A stretch of 63,098 nucleotides of DNA, the filler included. It is 3 parts of 3 records of this genome, joined end to end, with 100 filler letters (N's around TTAATTAATTAA, not from the genome) between each part and the next. Parts side by side here need not be neighbours in the genome. Positions count along the whole stretch, not along the records: positions 26,445 to 55,897 come from SRR31156797_11401; positions 55,998 to 63,098 come from SRR31156797_11405; 1 more part is not named here. One strand, 5' to 3'. Of this stretch, positions 47,976 through 56,144 are shown in pieces. A model generated the notes under the pieces. It was not told where the DNA came from, ran no database searches, and saw only the letters and a list, made by a program, of their open reading frames with translations. Position 1 is the stretch's first letter, and each line of letters opens with the position of its first letter. A program made the position numbers and the translations under genes.

Positions 47976-47990
47976 GTGACTCCTTATGCG

Positions 47991-48031
47991 AAAAAATGGG
48001 AGGACCCAGCGATTAACTGTGATCCTCCCAT
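47991..48031 (-). terminator. T-phi-like terminator after major capsid gene
   Basis: ATGGGAGGATC...GGTCCTCCCAT followed by a T run on the minus strand. Confidence 0.85.
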
Positions 48032-48042
48032 GGGGTTAATGG

Positions 48043-49020
48043 TTACGCGGGCGCAGCAGTACGAACATGAACGGCAGCTTCAGGACGCAGGTAGGCGTGT
48101 CCCATGGCATAACGTGCAACCATGAGTGTGCCCTGGCGTCTGATGTCCCACTGGTTCTGGAGAGATATGTCCATCAATTTGACCGTACCCACAGCATCCT
48201 CAGTGAAGGCAATACACTTGGTATTCCTTGCGTCCACAGCGTGGTAGGTCGCAGTGCTAAGGTTCACGGTGGGCAGCATCGGGGAGCTGATCGGCTGGAT
48301 ACCGGCAATGGGAGGCAGTGCAGCCTGGGAGAAGTCACCCTGGGTTACACCGTGATCCCGATTCATCAGGGAGAAACCGGTGCTGGACACCAGTGTTGCC
48401 AGGCGGTTGTAATCGTCAGGCAGGATGATGGCGTAGCGGGTCCCGGTAACAAACTTGTTGTCAAAGTTCGTCTTGATTGCACGGAAGGCACTGATCCATG
48501 CTTTCAGAAACAGGTCATCATCAGCGTTTGCCAGATTGGTGTCAGTGATTACCAAACCACCGTCTTCACCGGTAATGTTGGCAGATGCCTGAGCAGCAAG
48601 AATAATATTGAGCATAACGTTGCGGTCAAAGGTCTGAGACAGCTTCTGGCCCTGCATATCAGCGTATTTGCCACGAACCTCAAAGTGCCTCATGGCGTCG
48701 TCCAGGTCATCAATGAAGATATGGGAGATCAACAGTTTATCCACCGGGATCACGCGCTCACTGTGCGGAACGTCCTGACCCAGGATCTCTTCGCCAGCGG
48801 TATGGTATTCAGCGTCCGGGATACGACCGATCACGGGCACCTGGGCAGATTTACCCTGAGAAATGGTTCTGATAGTATGCTTATCAAGGGTAACGGTGTG
48901 TTTCTCAAAGGAGGTAATAACCTCGCCAGCATAGAGTTTCAGGTAAAGTGCGCGATCTTTGGCGTCAGTTCCAGTAGAGAGATTGTCAGCACCCATTACA
49001 GTAGGATTAGCAGTAGTCAT
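48043..49020 (-). CDS. Major capsid protein (gp10-like)
   Basis: ALYLKLYAGEV, RTISQGKSAQ.P, YAMGH..LRPEAA. Confidence 0.95.
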   Translation of the reverse strand: MTTANPTVMGADNLSTGTDAKDRALYLKLYAGEVITSFEKHTVTLDKHTIRTISQGKSAQVPVIGRIPDAEYHTAGEEILGQDVPHSERVIPVDKLLISHIFIDDLDDAMRHFEVRGKYADMQGQKLSQTFDRNVMLNIILAAQASANITGEDGGLVITDTNLANADDDLFLKAWISAFRAIKTNFDNKFVTGTRYAIILPDDYNRLATLVSSTGFSLMNRDHGVTQGDFSQAALPPIAGIQPISSPMLPTVNLSTATYHAVDARNTKCIAFTEDAVGTVKLMDISLQNQWDIRRQGTLMVARYAMGHAYLRPEAAVHVRTAAPA

Positions 49021-49121
49021 GTGTTGTCGTTCCTTTCGAATTGTATTGAATTAGAGATGCCCTACAGAGGAATTCCGCAGGGCTTGGATTGGTGGGGGTT
49101 GTGCAGGATTACGGAGTGGAG

Positions 49122-49976
49122 CTATCCCATTCTGAATGCGGGAGAACGTCCGAGTTTCTTGGCGACATCGTTGCGATACGCCGGGTCTTTCTTATACTTA
49201 GGGTCATTCATAGCAGCAGTAAGTTCGGCCTGGGATCTGAATACATCAGTAGGCCCTGTGTTCGACTTCTTGCTGCCTCTTTGAATCTTACGGGGAGGGT
49301 TACCATTCTTGGCCGTGTAACGTTGATTCAGGCGCGTCATGGCGTCCTTGACCTTGGTGATATCACCGGAGGATAAATCAGCGTTGATCCCTTTGACATC
49401 TTTCATGGGCATGTTGTCTCCGGCCCACTCGATCATCTCAAGGTAACGCTCTTTGCCACCAACTTCACTGTAGACTTCGGCGGTAACTCTGGTTGCTTCA
49501 GCGGTTGCCAGCTTGTACTGGGCATCGACATACTTCTCGATCTCAGCCCGGTTGAAACCTGCAGCCTCAAGCTTGTCGAGGGAGGCATCGGTTAATTTGC
49601 CGTTGTTCTCGGTGACCTCAGTCTGGAGAGAATCAAGGGTTAGCCCCTCGGTATTCTCATCAGAAGTATCATCATTATTATCAGTTCCATCATTGCTATC
49701 AGAAGTATCATTGGCGCTGGAGCCGGAGTCACCAGTAGTGTCATCGTTGTTTTCCTCGTTGGGTTTGGTGTAGGAGGGGTCACTCTTCTGAGCGGCCTGC
49801 ACGATCATGGCGACCTCTTCATCCGAGGCACCACCGCGTTTAGCCATGTGGCCCAGGTACTCCGGGGACCCTGGGGTTGGGACACTATTGTCTTCCGTCT
49901 GGAGCCCGGCACCGGTATCACCGGAGGGCTGACCAAGGTTCGGGGCTTCGGGACTGGGCAGTTCTGTTACTTCCAT
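49122..49976 (-). CDS. Capsid scaffolding protein (gp9-like)
   Basis: Acidic N-terminus; VGG..Y.EMIEWA; FRSQAELTAAMNDPKYKKDPAYR. Confidence 0.9.
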   Translation of the reverse strand: MEVTELPSPEAPNLGQPSGDTGAGLQTEDNSVPTPGSPEYLGHMAKRGGASDEEVAMIVQAAQKSDPSYTKPNEENNDDTTGDSGSSANDTSDSNDGTDNNDDTSDENTEGLTLDSLQTEVTENNGKLTDASLDKLEAAGFNRAEIEKYVDAQYKLATAEATRVTAEVYSEVGGKERYLEMIEWAGDNMPMKDVKGINADLSSGDITKVKDAMTRLNQRYTAKNGNPPRKIQRGSKKSNTGPTDVFRSQAELTAAMNDPKYKKDPAYRNDVAKKLGRSPAFRMG

Positions 49977-49982
49977 ATGTGG

Positions 49983-51575
49983 TTATCCTTGGGGTTGAGG
50001 TGTTTGATTGACGTTCATTTTGGTGGGATCAGCGGCGTTACCGATGGCCTGAGCCAAAGGCCCGGCACCTGCTGACATTCCTTGCTGTGCCATCTGCTGC
50101 ATCATCAGCCGTTGTTCTTCCTTCTGGATCTGATCATCTGTCCGGACAAGGCCGTCAGTATTAAGACCCAGACCTGTGGCTACCCGTGTGCTGTAATCGC
50201 TGACGTCGATGCGTTTGGCGATCTCTTGGGCTCCGAATGGCTGGAGGTACTGCAGAAAGGTCTCAAGCTTGCGAAGATCATGTCCGCGACCCAGGGCTTC
50301 AAAGCCAGTTGTGATCGAGGGTTTGATATCGGAAGGGAGGCCCGGCAGTTTTTTACGCCTGGTCATCTCCTTGATAAGGACCTTGACCATTGGCAACTGG
50401 AGTTCCAGGGCGAGGGTACTGTAGATTCCACCCAGGGTATCTTCCAGCTCCTGAGCCATGGTTCGGATCTCTTCGGCTGTGACCCGTTCACCTTTACGTT
50501 GGATTGACTGCATCATCAGAAAGGCTGCACTGAGCTGCTCTTCCAGGGTTCTTGCTTCATTCTGTGCAACATTGAAGTCAGCACCTTTATCCACTTGGAC
50601 AGACTCTATGTCTTCACGGCGACCGGCACAGAATCCACCATTAGGTGTACGCTGCAGGTTGGCAACATCGGTCATCCCATTGGGATCAACCAAGAAGATC
50701 AATCGCGCTGCTGCCAGGGCACCTTCGGTAATCGCCTTGCGTAGACCCTCATAGGAATTGAAGTCGCCTATGTTATCCTGGACATGACCGGTTCCCCAGT
50801 CGTCACCATCATTGCGGTTCCAGGCAAGAGGCACGAACGGGCAGGTATCACGGGTGTAGGTGCCTTCAGAATCGCCCAGGGTATGGCCCAGGATCTCCTG
50901 ATGGAAATCCCAGAGTTTGCCATTCCAGGTCATCCCGGTGAAAAGTTCGACACCGTTGGTCTTACCTGACTCTTCTCCATGGCTTGCACTTTGGGCCTCT
51001 TCCTGGAGTTCTTCTGGCACTTCGGTAATGTCGATGATCTCTCGAATGATGATCTCTACGGCATCACCCAGGCTGTTACGCCGCAACACGTAGGCATCCA
51101 TCCGATGGACCCGCCCGCGCTCATCACTGAGATCAAGCAGGGCGTTGCCGGTAATGATCAGATACTTGAGTGCCCGAAACAGGACTACCCGAACGGCGGT
51201 TTCTTCGATGTACTTGGTGACGATCTCTTCGATCTGGCGCAGTTTGGAATCAATTTGGGTTTTGACACCCTTCTCTCCCAGTTGAGCCTTGAGTTCTTCA
51301 ATAAGCTGAACATCCATGCCGAGCTTGAAGAATGGACTATTAGGTGGAAGCAGGGTTAATAGGAGTTTTGATGCGAGGTTTTGGACGGCTCTGGCACCGA
51401 GTCCTTGGTAGGGTAACGGCAGGGGATCATTGATGTTGTGTCCTTCAGGGGGAAGGATGGTCGGGATCGTCAGGGCACTGCACTGTCGTGCGGCATCCAG
51501 TAGGCCAGACCTCTTTGAATCAAGATCATTAAAGCGTTCCTTAAGGGGAAACTCGGGGATCAGACCATCAAGCAC
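49983..51575 (-). CDS. Portal / head-tail connector (gp8-like)
   Basis: YQGLGARAVQNLASKLLL.L.PP, ERVTAEEIR, LGGIYS.L..ELQLP. Confidence 0.95.
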   Translation of the reverse strand: MLDGLIPEFPLKERFNDLDSKRSGLLDAARQCSALTIPTILPPEGHNINDPLPLPYQGLGARAVQNLASKLLLTLLPPNSPFFKLGMDVQLIEELKAQLGEKGVKTQIDSKLRQIEEIVTKYIEETAVRVVLFRALKYLIITGNALLDLSDERGRVHRMDAYVLRRNSLGDAVEIIIREIIDITEVPEELQEEAQSASHGEESGKTNGVELFTGMTWNGKLWDFHQEILGHTLGDSEGTYTRDTCPFVPLAWNRNDGDDWGTGHVQDNIGDFNSYEGLRKAITEGALAAARLIFLVDPNGMTDVANLQRTPNGGFCAGRREDIESVQVDKGADFNVAQNEARTLEEQLSAAFLMMQSIQRKGERVTAEEIRTMAQELEDTLGGIYSTLALELQLPMVKVLIKEMTRRKKLPGLPSDIKPSITTGFEALGRGHDLRKLETFLQYLQPFGAQEIAKRIDVSDYSTRVATGLGLNTDGLVRTDDQIQKEEQRLMMQQMAQQGMSAGAGPLAQAIGNAADPTKMNVNQTPQPQG

Positions 51576-51744
51576 TCAAGCCTGATCCATCCGAGCTGGA
51601 GCCAATGAGTGGTATCTTCAGACGATTCGTACTTTTATCATTAGAATCACCGTATTCATCACTGGTGGTCCCATCATCGATGAGGTCCATTTCTTCAGCA
51701 TCATCCTCTTCTTCCTCTTCGTATGTGTCTCCGCTAAAGCACAT
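51568..51744 (-). CDS. Small virion-associated protein (gp6.7/gp7.3-like position)
   Basis: MCFSG start at 51744 with AAGGA RBS; LKIPL...GL C-terminus. Confidence 0.65.
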   Translation of the reverse strand: MCFSGDTYEEEEEDDAEEMDLIDDGTTSDEYGDSNDKSTNRLKIPLIGSSSDGSGLSA

Positions 51745-51937
51745 GGTAATATGATCCTTTCGTTTTCTTGGTATTGGTGGTCGGGGATGTCCGGTCAATG
51801 AGTAGATCAATGAGTTCTCGTTTCCCGGCGTACATCCACATGTCCCTCTCGTTATCAGCAGGCCTTGGACACCTGTGAGGGAATATCTGGTCGAGTAGAT
51901 CTATTAACTCTTTGGTTAATGAGGGGATCTCTTTCAT
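51734..51937 (-). CDS. Conserved pre-portal protein (gp6.5-like position)
   Basis: LDQIFPHRCP...W.YAGKRELID; AAGGA RBS before ATG 51937. Confidence 0.7.
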   Translation of the reverse strand: MKEIPSLTKELIDLLDQIFPHRCPRPADNERDMWMYAGKRELIDLLIDRTSPTTNTKKTKGSYYHVL

Positions 51938-52000
51938 CGTTATCCTTGGATTAGGACCCATAGATCAGACACAATGTAAGGACACAGTATTGACCTTTGG

Positions 52001-52024
52001 CTCCTCTCAAGTGAGGGAGTTAAT
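52001..52024 (-). promoter_or_regulatory. Phage single-subunit RNAP promoter (T3-like), copy B, heads the virion operon
   Basis: ATTAACTCCCTCACTTGAGAGGAG, intergenic between ligase and structural genes. Confidence 0.7.
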
Positions 52025-52034
52025 GTGCCTGAAA

Positions 52035-53093
52035 TCATTCATAATTCCTGATGCAGATCCCAACTGGATTACCCTGGGGCACACCATCGGCACTGGTATC
52101 GCTGTACCTGACAGTCAACTGCTCACCACAGAACTGCCTCACCAGCTCATCGCTAATGAGGCGTCTCTCTTTGGCTCCATTAGGTACAACATCGAATTCG
52201 AGCCAGGCGTCAAGTTCACCAGGGCTGGTCTCGGTGGGCTCTACCACGCAGGTCCATATGATACAGCCATCGACATCGCGCTTATGGCCGACAATAGTGA
52301 ACTCCTCATCCTTGAAGCCCTTGCGTTTCATGAGATCGTAGGTCCGCTTCCCCTGGTATTGGGACTCGGGGTTCCTGATCATGATGCCTTCACCACCCTG
52401 GCCTATGATCGAGTTGTAATACAGGTCGATCCCGGACTCGGTGGGGCAGGTAAAGGTCTGGACCAGGCGTAGAATCATGGAGGGCTTGCAGAGGGCTGCA
52501 TTGAGATGAGCCAGGCGTTTCTTGAAGGTCCCAGGCATGATCGTGTCGTAGATCCAGTATTCCATCTCTGTGGCTATGCCTTTGGATTCGGATCGGCGTA
52601 CTGCACCGCTGATCTCCTGGAGGCTGTACTGGCGGTTGAATAGCTCACCATCCCAGGTTTCACCCGGAGACATGAACCGGCCAAGCTCCTTAACGATATG
52701 ACCCATACTGGTAATCGGCTTACCCTTGCGGGTGATCAGCTCGATGTTCCCATGATTATCGCAAAGGGCCAGGCACCGGATACCATTGAGTTTTTCCTGG
52801 ACTGATACCGGGTAATCCACACGATCCACATCATAGGAATGGGCCAACATAGGCTTGATGATCGCAGGCGGGTCCTCACCGGGGAGATGATAGCCTTTGT
52901 CCCGCTGCTTGTTGATCTTACTGTTGATCTCAAGTTCGACCTGCTGCCAAAACGTCCGGTTACTTTTGGGCTTAACAATCCGGGATTTAGTCTGTGTTTT
53001 ACCACCAACCACACCATAGCTTACCCGGTAACCGCTTACGGTGTCCTTGATGATCCACTCACGGTTGCCTTTGATCAGTCGCACACTACTCAT
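52035..53093 (-). CDS. ATP-dependent DNA ligase with WGR-like N-terminus
   Basis: PMLA, QEKLNGIRC (motif I), WDGEL, EGIMIR, LMKRK; start MSSVRL overlaps upstream stop. Confidence 0.9.
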   Translation of the reverse strand: MSSVRLIKGNREWIIKDTVSGYRVSYGVVGGKTQTKSRIVKPKSNRTFWQQVELEINSKINKQRDKGYHLPGEDPPAIIKPMLAHSYDVDRVDYPVSVQEKLNGIRCLALCDNHGNIELITRKGKPITSMGHIVKELGRFMSPGETWDGELFNRQYSLQEISGAVRRSESKGIATEMEYWIYDTIMPGTFKKRLAHLNAALCKPSMILRLVQTFTCPTESGIDLYYNSIIGQGGEGIMIRNPESQYQGKRTYDLMKRKGFKDEEFTIVGHKRDVDGCIIWTCVVEPTETSPGELDAWLEFDVVPNGAKERRLISDELVRQFCGEQLTVRYSDTSADGVPQGNPVGICIRNYE

Positions 53094-53580
53094 CAATGAC
53101 CTCCACAAGCGTGGGGTTAACAGGCGCACCGTAGGCATCGGTCGTGTCGTAACTCAGCTTGGCTTTCTTACCGACCACATCCTTGCCGAACTCTTGATCC
53201 GGGAACACCTTGAACCGGTAACCACTGGTCAGGGCACAGATCAAGACCGGATGTTTGATCCTGGCGTCCCTGACTTTCATGATCCGTTCAATGGGGAATA
53301 GGTCATCGGTAACTGCGGGAGTTTCAGGGACCGGGGGCTCATCAACCGTTCCTGTATCCTGGGGTTCATCCATAAGCTCGTATCCTTCCAGTATTTTCTT
53401 GTTGACCGCTTTCTCAGCGTCGGTCCGGGCCAGATCGGCATTGTCATAGGATCTTGTTGATTTTCTCAGCTTACCTCCATCCCAGCCATAGCGTTTGGTA
53501 AGGACATTACCTTCCAGCTCCATGATGTACAGGTAGTCTTTGCCATCACGTAGATCCTTCAGTTTCCAGGTGGTTGCCAT
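53086..53580 (-). CDS. WGR-like plus OB-fold-like protein; ligase paralogue lacking the catalytic domain
   Basis: RYGWDGGK...KKILEGY; GKKAKLSYDTTDAYGAPVNP. Confidence 0.65.
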   Translation of the reverse strand: MATTWKLKDLRDGKDYLYIMELEGNVLTKRYGWDGGKLRKSTRSYDNADLARTDAEKAVNKKILEGYELMDEPQDTGTVDEPPVPETPAVTDDLFPIERIMKVRDARIKHPVLICALTSGYRFKVFPDQEFGKDVVGKKAKLSYDTTDAYGAPVNPTLVEVIDE

Positions 53581-54371
53581 ACGTTCACTTCCTTTCGTGT
53601 CCAGTTGTATTCACCGTTTTGCAACATCCGAGCTACCCTGGCGTTGATCAGGGCGTGGCTCTCGTTGAGTTCACGGCAAAGGTATTGTTCATAGGCGAAG
53701 ACCCATTCGGTCGCCATGTACTCCTCGACCACTCGTTCCCACATGTCGCGATGCCACTGGGGTCCATAGGGTCCAGGGATCTCATTCACAATGTTCCAAG
53801 CCTTCTGGGGACCAATCTGAGGACAGCCGTAGTAACCATCGGTCCGATCACCGGCCAGGCACTGCATGTAAAAATAGCGGTCTCCCTCCAGGGGGCTAAC
53901 CTCCCGGACCCACTTGTCTTTGTTCCAGTTGAAGTGGAACCCTGGGATCTGCTCCAGGTCCTTATCGAGGGTGGCTATGACGTACTGGCCCGGACTTTCG
54001 GTAGCTATCAGACCCATCACGTCGTCAGCCTCAAGACCCTTGTACATTCTGGATTCATAGCGAGGGTGATTCAGGGCGTACTCGCGGAGCATGGGGTGTA
54101 GCTTGGGTTTCTCGACATCAGAGCGCTGATGCTTGTATGTAGGCATGACGCCGTACCTGAAGTTCTGAGGATGGGTCACACAGAGGATTACATTGCGGGC
54201 ATTCGTGGAGCGTTGCAGGTGGTTTACAAACCAGTCGAACTCTTCGACCGCCTTGTCGTAATCCACCTCAATGGTGATGTTCGCGGGGTTCCAATCATTC
54301 ACGATCTCATTGCCAACACTGAATTTGAAAAACAGGATGTCGGCATCAATGAGGATAGTGTGGGGCGCTAT
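53559..54371 (-). CDS. 5'-3' exonuclease (T7 gp6-like), probable AUA start
   Basis: LEADDVMG, DKDL.QIPG, GDRTDGY.GCP.IG; conserved LIDADIL lies upstream of the tracked GTG start. Confidence 0.9.
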   Translation of the reverse strand: MAPHTILIDADILFFKFSVGNEIVNDWNPANITIEVDYDKAVEEFDWFVNHLQRSTNARNVILCVTHPQNFRYGVMPTYKHQRSDVEKPKLHPMLREYALNHPRYESRMYKGLEADDVMGLIATESPGQYVIATLDKDLEQIPGFHFNWNKDKWVREVSPLEGDRYFYMQCLAGDRTDGYYGCPQIGPQKAWNIVNEIPGPYGPQWHRDMWERVVEEYMATEWVFAYEQYLCRELNESHALINARVARMLQNGEYNWTRKEVNVWQPPGN

Positions 54372-54601
54372 ACCAGGCCTTTTGACCAGTCCTGAACCAG
54401 AACGATCATGGTGTCCAGGCTGACATTGTGGTGAACGATGATTTTACCGGGCTGCTCCAGGGTCAGGGAATGGTTCCCTTTGATTATGCTATGGATGTCG
54501 ATGGGGCCTCTGATATCCAGATGTACCTTACAGCCAAGATGATTTTTGGCTACAGCACTTGCACATGTGGTAATATGATTGATCTTAGTTCCAGCTTTCA
54601 T
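54368..54601 (-). CDS. Phage hypothetical protein
   Basis: ORF with AGGAG RBS. Confidence 0.6.
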   Translation of the reverse strand: MKAGTKINHITTCASAVAKNHLGCKVHLDIRGPIDIHSIIKGNHSLTLEQPGKIIVHHNVSLDTMIVLVQDWSKGLV

Positions 54602-54655
54602 AAAGTTCTCCTTTGTTATCCATGTTGGGTTCCATGCAATCCCGGACGTATGGCA

Positions 54656-54886
54656 TCAGGCTCCACACTGAACCTCTTTCGGAATGATCGCGCTGATCAC
54701 ATTCAGGGATTCACGGGCCTTGTCAGCCTCAAGGTAGTGACATTGGGCTTTCTTCCTGAGTTTATCAGCCTTGTCATCAGCCTCGTTGCCCTGGATGTCC
54801 TGGTCAGCGATGAACTGTTCCAGGTCGGTTTTCATTTTGTTGAAGGGCTTCAGGATGGACGCAAGTGTTTTGTTGGGTTTGAACAT
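54656..54886 (-). CDS. Phage hypothetical coiled-coil protein
   Basis: ORF with AAGGAG RBS. Confidence 0.65.
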   Translation of the reverse strand: MFKPNKTLASILKPFNKMKTDLEQFIADQDIQGNEADDKADKLRKKAQCHYLEADKARESLNVISAIIPKEVQCGA

Positions 54887-55120
54887 GGTGATTCTCCTTG
54901 GTAGTAGTTGGTTGAACTTATGGGGGATTTGGAATGGTCTCCGATTAAATCAATCTTCGAGCCATAGAAAAAGATTAAAAACTAAGGGTTTCCCTGATAG
55001 ACATCTGTTTAAATGAATGATACGAATTAAGCAGAATTAATCGCTAATGTTATATTTTTTGCTTTAAACTTTTATATTTAAAGACCAATAGAAAGAATAT
55101 ACCTATCACCATACTGGCTC

Positions 55121-55145
55121 ATTCTGCCTAATACTGTGTTCGGTG
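55121..55145 (+). other. Putative integron recombination site (attI-like simple site)
   Basis: GCCTAATACTGT-GTTCGGTG; CCTAA-N6-GTT spacing as in attI1; core complementary to CACCGA[AC] after the downstream gene. Confidence 0.5.
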
Positions 55146-55184
55146 TACATAGAAACATCAGAAAATTTAATTAAAGATATAGTA

Positions 55185-55853
55185 ATGAATAATCAATCTG
55201 ATAAAGAAACTTATTATAAAATAAGGCAATCATATGATGATGCAGAACTTGAAGTAAGTGGGAGATATGACAAATGGATTCTAACATTATCCGGTGGTGC
55301 GTTGGGACTGTCAATCACATTCATCGAAAAAATTGCAAAGAATCCAACATCTGAAACCCTTTTTTGGCTCAAGCTTTCATGGGGATGTTTGGTTATATCA
55401 TTGCTATCCGCATTACTGTCGCTCGTTACAAGCCAATCTGCGATAAGGGAAAATCGAAAAGAACTAGATCTGGCATACTCAGAAAAACGAGACCCAAACT
55501 TAGGCTTTCCAAGATGGTTTACAAATTTCACGAATGTCTTAAACTGGGGATCTCTATTTTTTTTTATTATTGGAGTAATATTTTTGTGTGTTTTTTCTTT
55601 TAAAAATATAGATCAAAAAATAAAAGATGGAGGAAATAGCTATGGCAAAAAAACCACTCAAACCGCCAGTAGAAAAGCCCCGGAGGGAAAGGATAGAGGA
55701 AGGATACGTTCCACCGCCTCCCCCACCGAAGGAAGAACGCGGATACGTCCCGCCACCTCCTCCACCGAGAAAGGAGAAAAAATAAATGATGTCCCTAAAG
55801 GTACAGCTCTCAAGAAAAGGCGGGATGAAAAGGCCATGACAAATAAAAAATGA
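55185..55853 (+). CDS. 3-TM membrane protein (cassette ORF)
   Basis: YDKWILTLSGGALGLSITF, three hydrophobic helices; ATG 55185. Confidence 0.8.
   Translation: MNNQSDKETYYKIRQSYDDAELEVSGRYDKWILTLSGGALGLSITFIEKIAKNPTSETLFWLKLSWGCLVISLLSALLSLVTSQSAIRENRKELDLAYSEKRDPNLGFPRWFTNFTNVLNWGSLFFFIIGVIFLCVFSFKNIDQKIKDGGNSYGKKTTQTASRKAPEGKDRGRIRSTASPTEGRTRIRPATSSTEKGEKINDVPKGTALKKRRDEKAMTNKK
55642..55785 (+). CDS. 47-aa proline-rich peptide nested out of frame in the membrane-protein gene
   Basis: GGAGGA RBS; MAKKPLKPPVEKPRRERIEEGYVPPPPPPKEERGYVPPPPPPRKEKK*. Confidence 0.65.
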   Translation: MAKKPLKPPVEKPRRERIEEGYVPPPPPPKEERGYVPPPPPPRKEKK

Positions 55854-55869
55854 GACGATAATTCACCGA

Positions 55870-55897
55870 ATCGGGATAGGACTCCCCATCACTGAGG
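55870..55897 (-). mobile_element. 3' end (domain VI) of a group IIC intron
   Basis: Minus strand CCTCAGTGATGGGGAGTCCTATCCCGAT; CCTATCCCGAT terminus; contig breaks inside it. Confidence 0.65.
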
Positions 55898-55997
55898 NNN
55901 NNNNNNNNNNNNNNNNNNNNNNNNNNNNNNNNNNNNNNNNNTTAATTAATTAANNNNNNNNNNNNNNNNNNNNNNNNNNNNNNNNNNNNNNNNNNNN
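55898..55997. other. Artificial contig linker
   Basis: N44-TTAATTAATTAA-N44. Confidence 0.99.
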
Positions 55998-56144
55998 CAA
56001 AGAGGTTAGAGAGTAACGAGGTCTGGATTTAACAAAAAAAAGAGAGATTAGATCTGTCTATAAATTTTAAGACACTGTGGAGCATCTATAAACTCATAGA
56101 GGTTCCATATATGCAAAGCAATCAGATACCATGGAGAGTTTGTC

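Larger units (their letters stand above)
26445..54925 (-). mobile_element. Temperate T7-like (Autographiviridae-like) prophage, incomplete (no RNAP, DNAP or primase-helicase in window)
   Basis: T7-order gp6 to gp19 homologues, integrase and tRNA-fragment att site; almost all genes on minus strand; right boundary approximate. Confidence 0.9.
55139..55869 (+). mobile_element. Integron-type gene cassette
   Basis: AT-rich ORF bracketed by GTTCGGTG and CACCGA|intron. Confidence 0.6.

Noticed and set aside
48067-49284. 405-aa plus-strand ORF
   Set aside because: Antisense shadow of the capsid gene; no recognisable motifs.
55026-55145. Complete attC upstream of the cassette
   Set aside because: The inverted pair ATTAAGCAGAAT/ATTCTGCCTAAT exists, but there is no AAC-containing R'' box at the required spacing; kept only as attI-like.
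55998-56080. Possible IS end at the start of contig 3
   Set aside because: Too short, no partner inverted repeat and no recognisable transposase frame.
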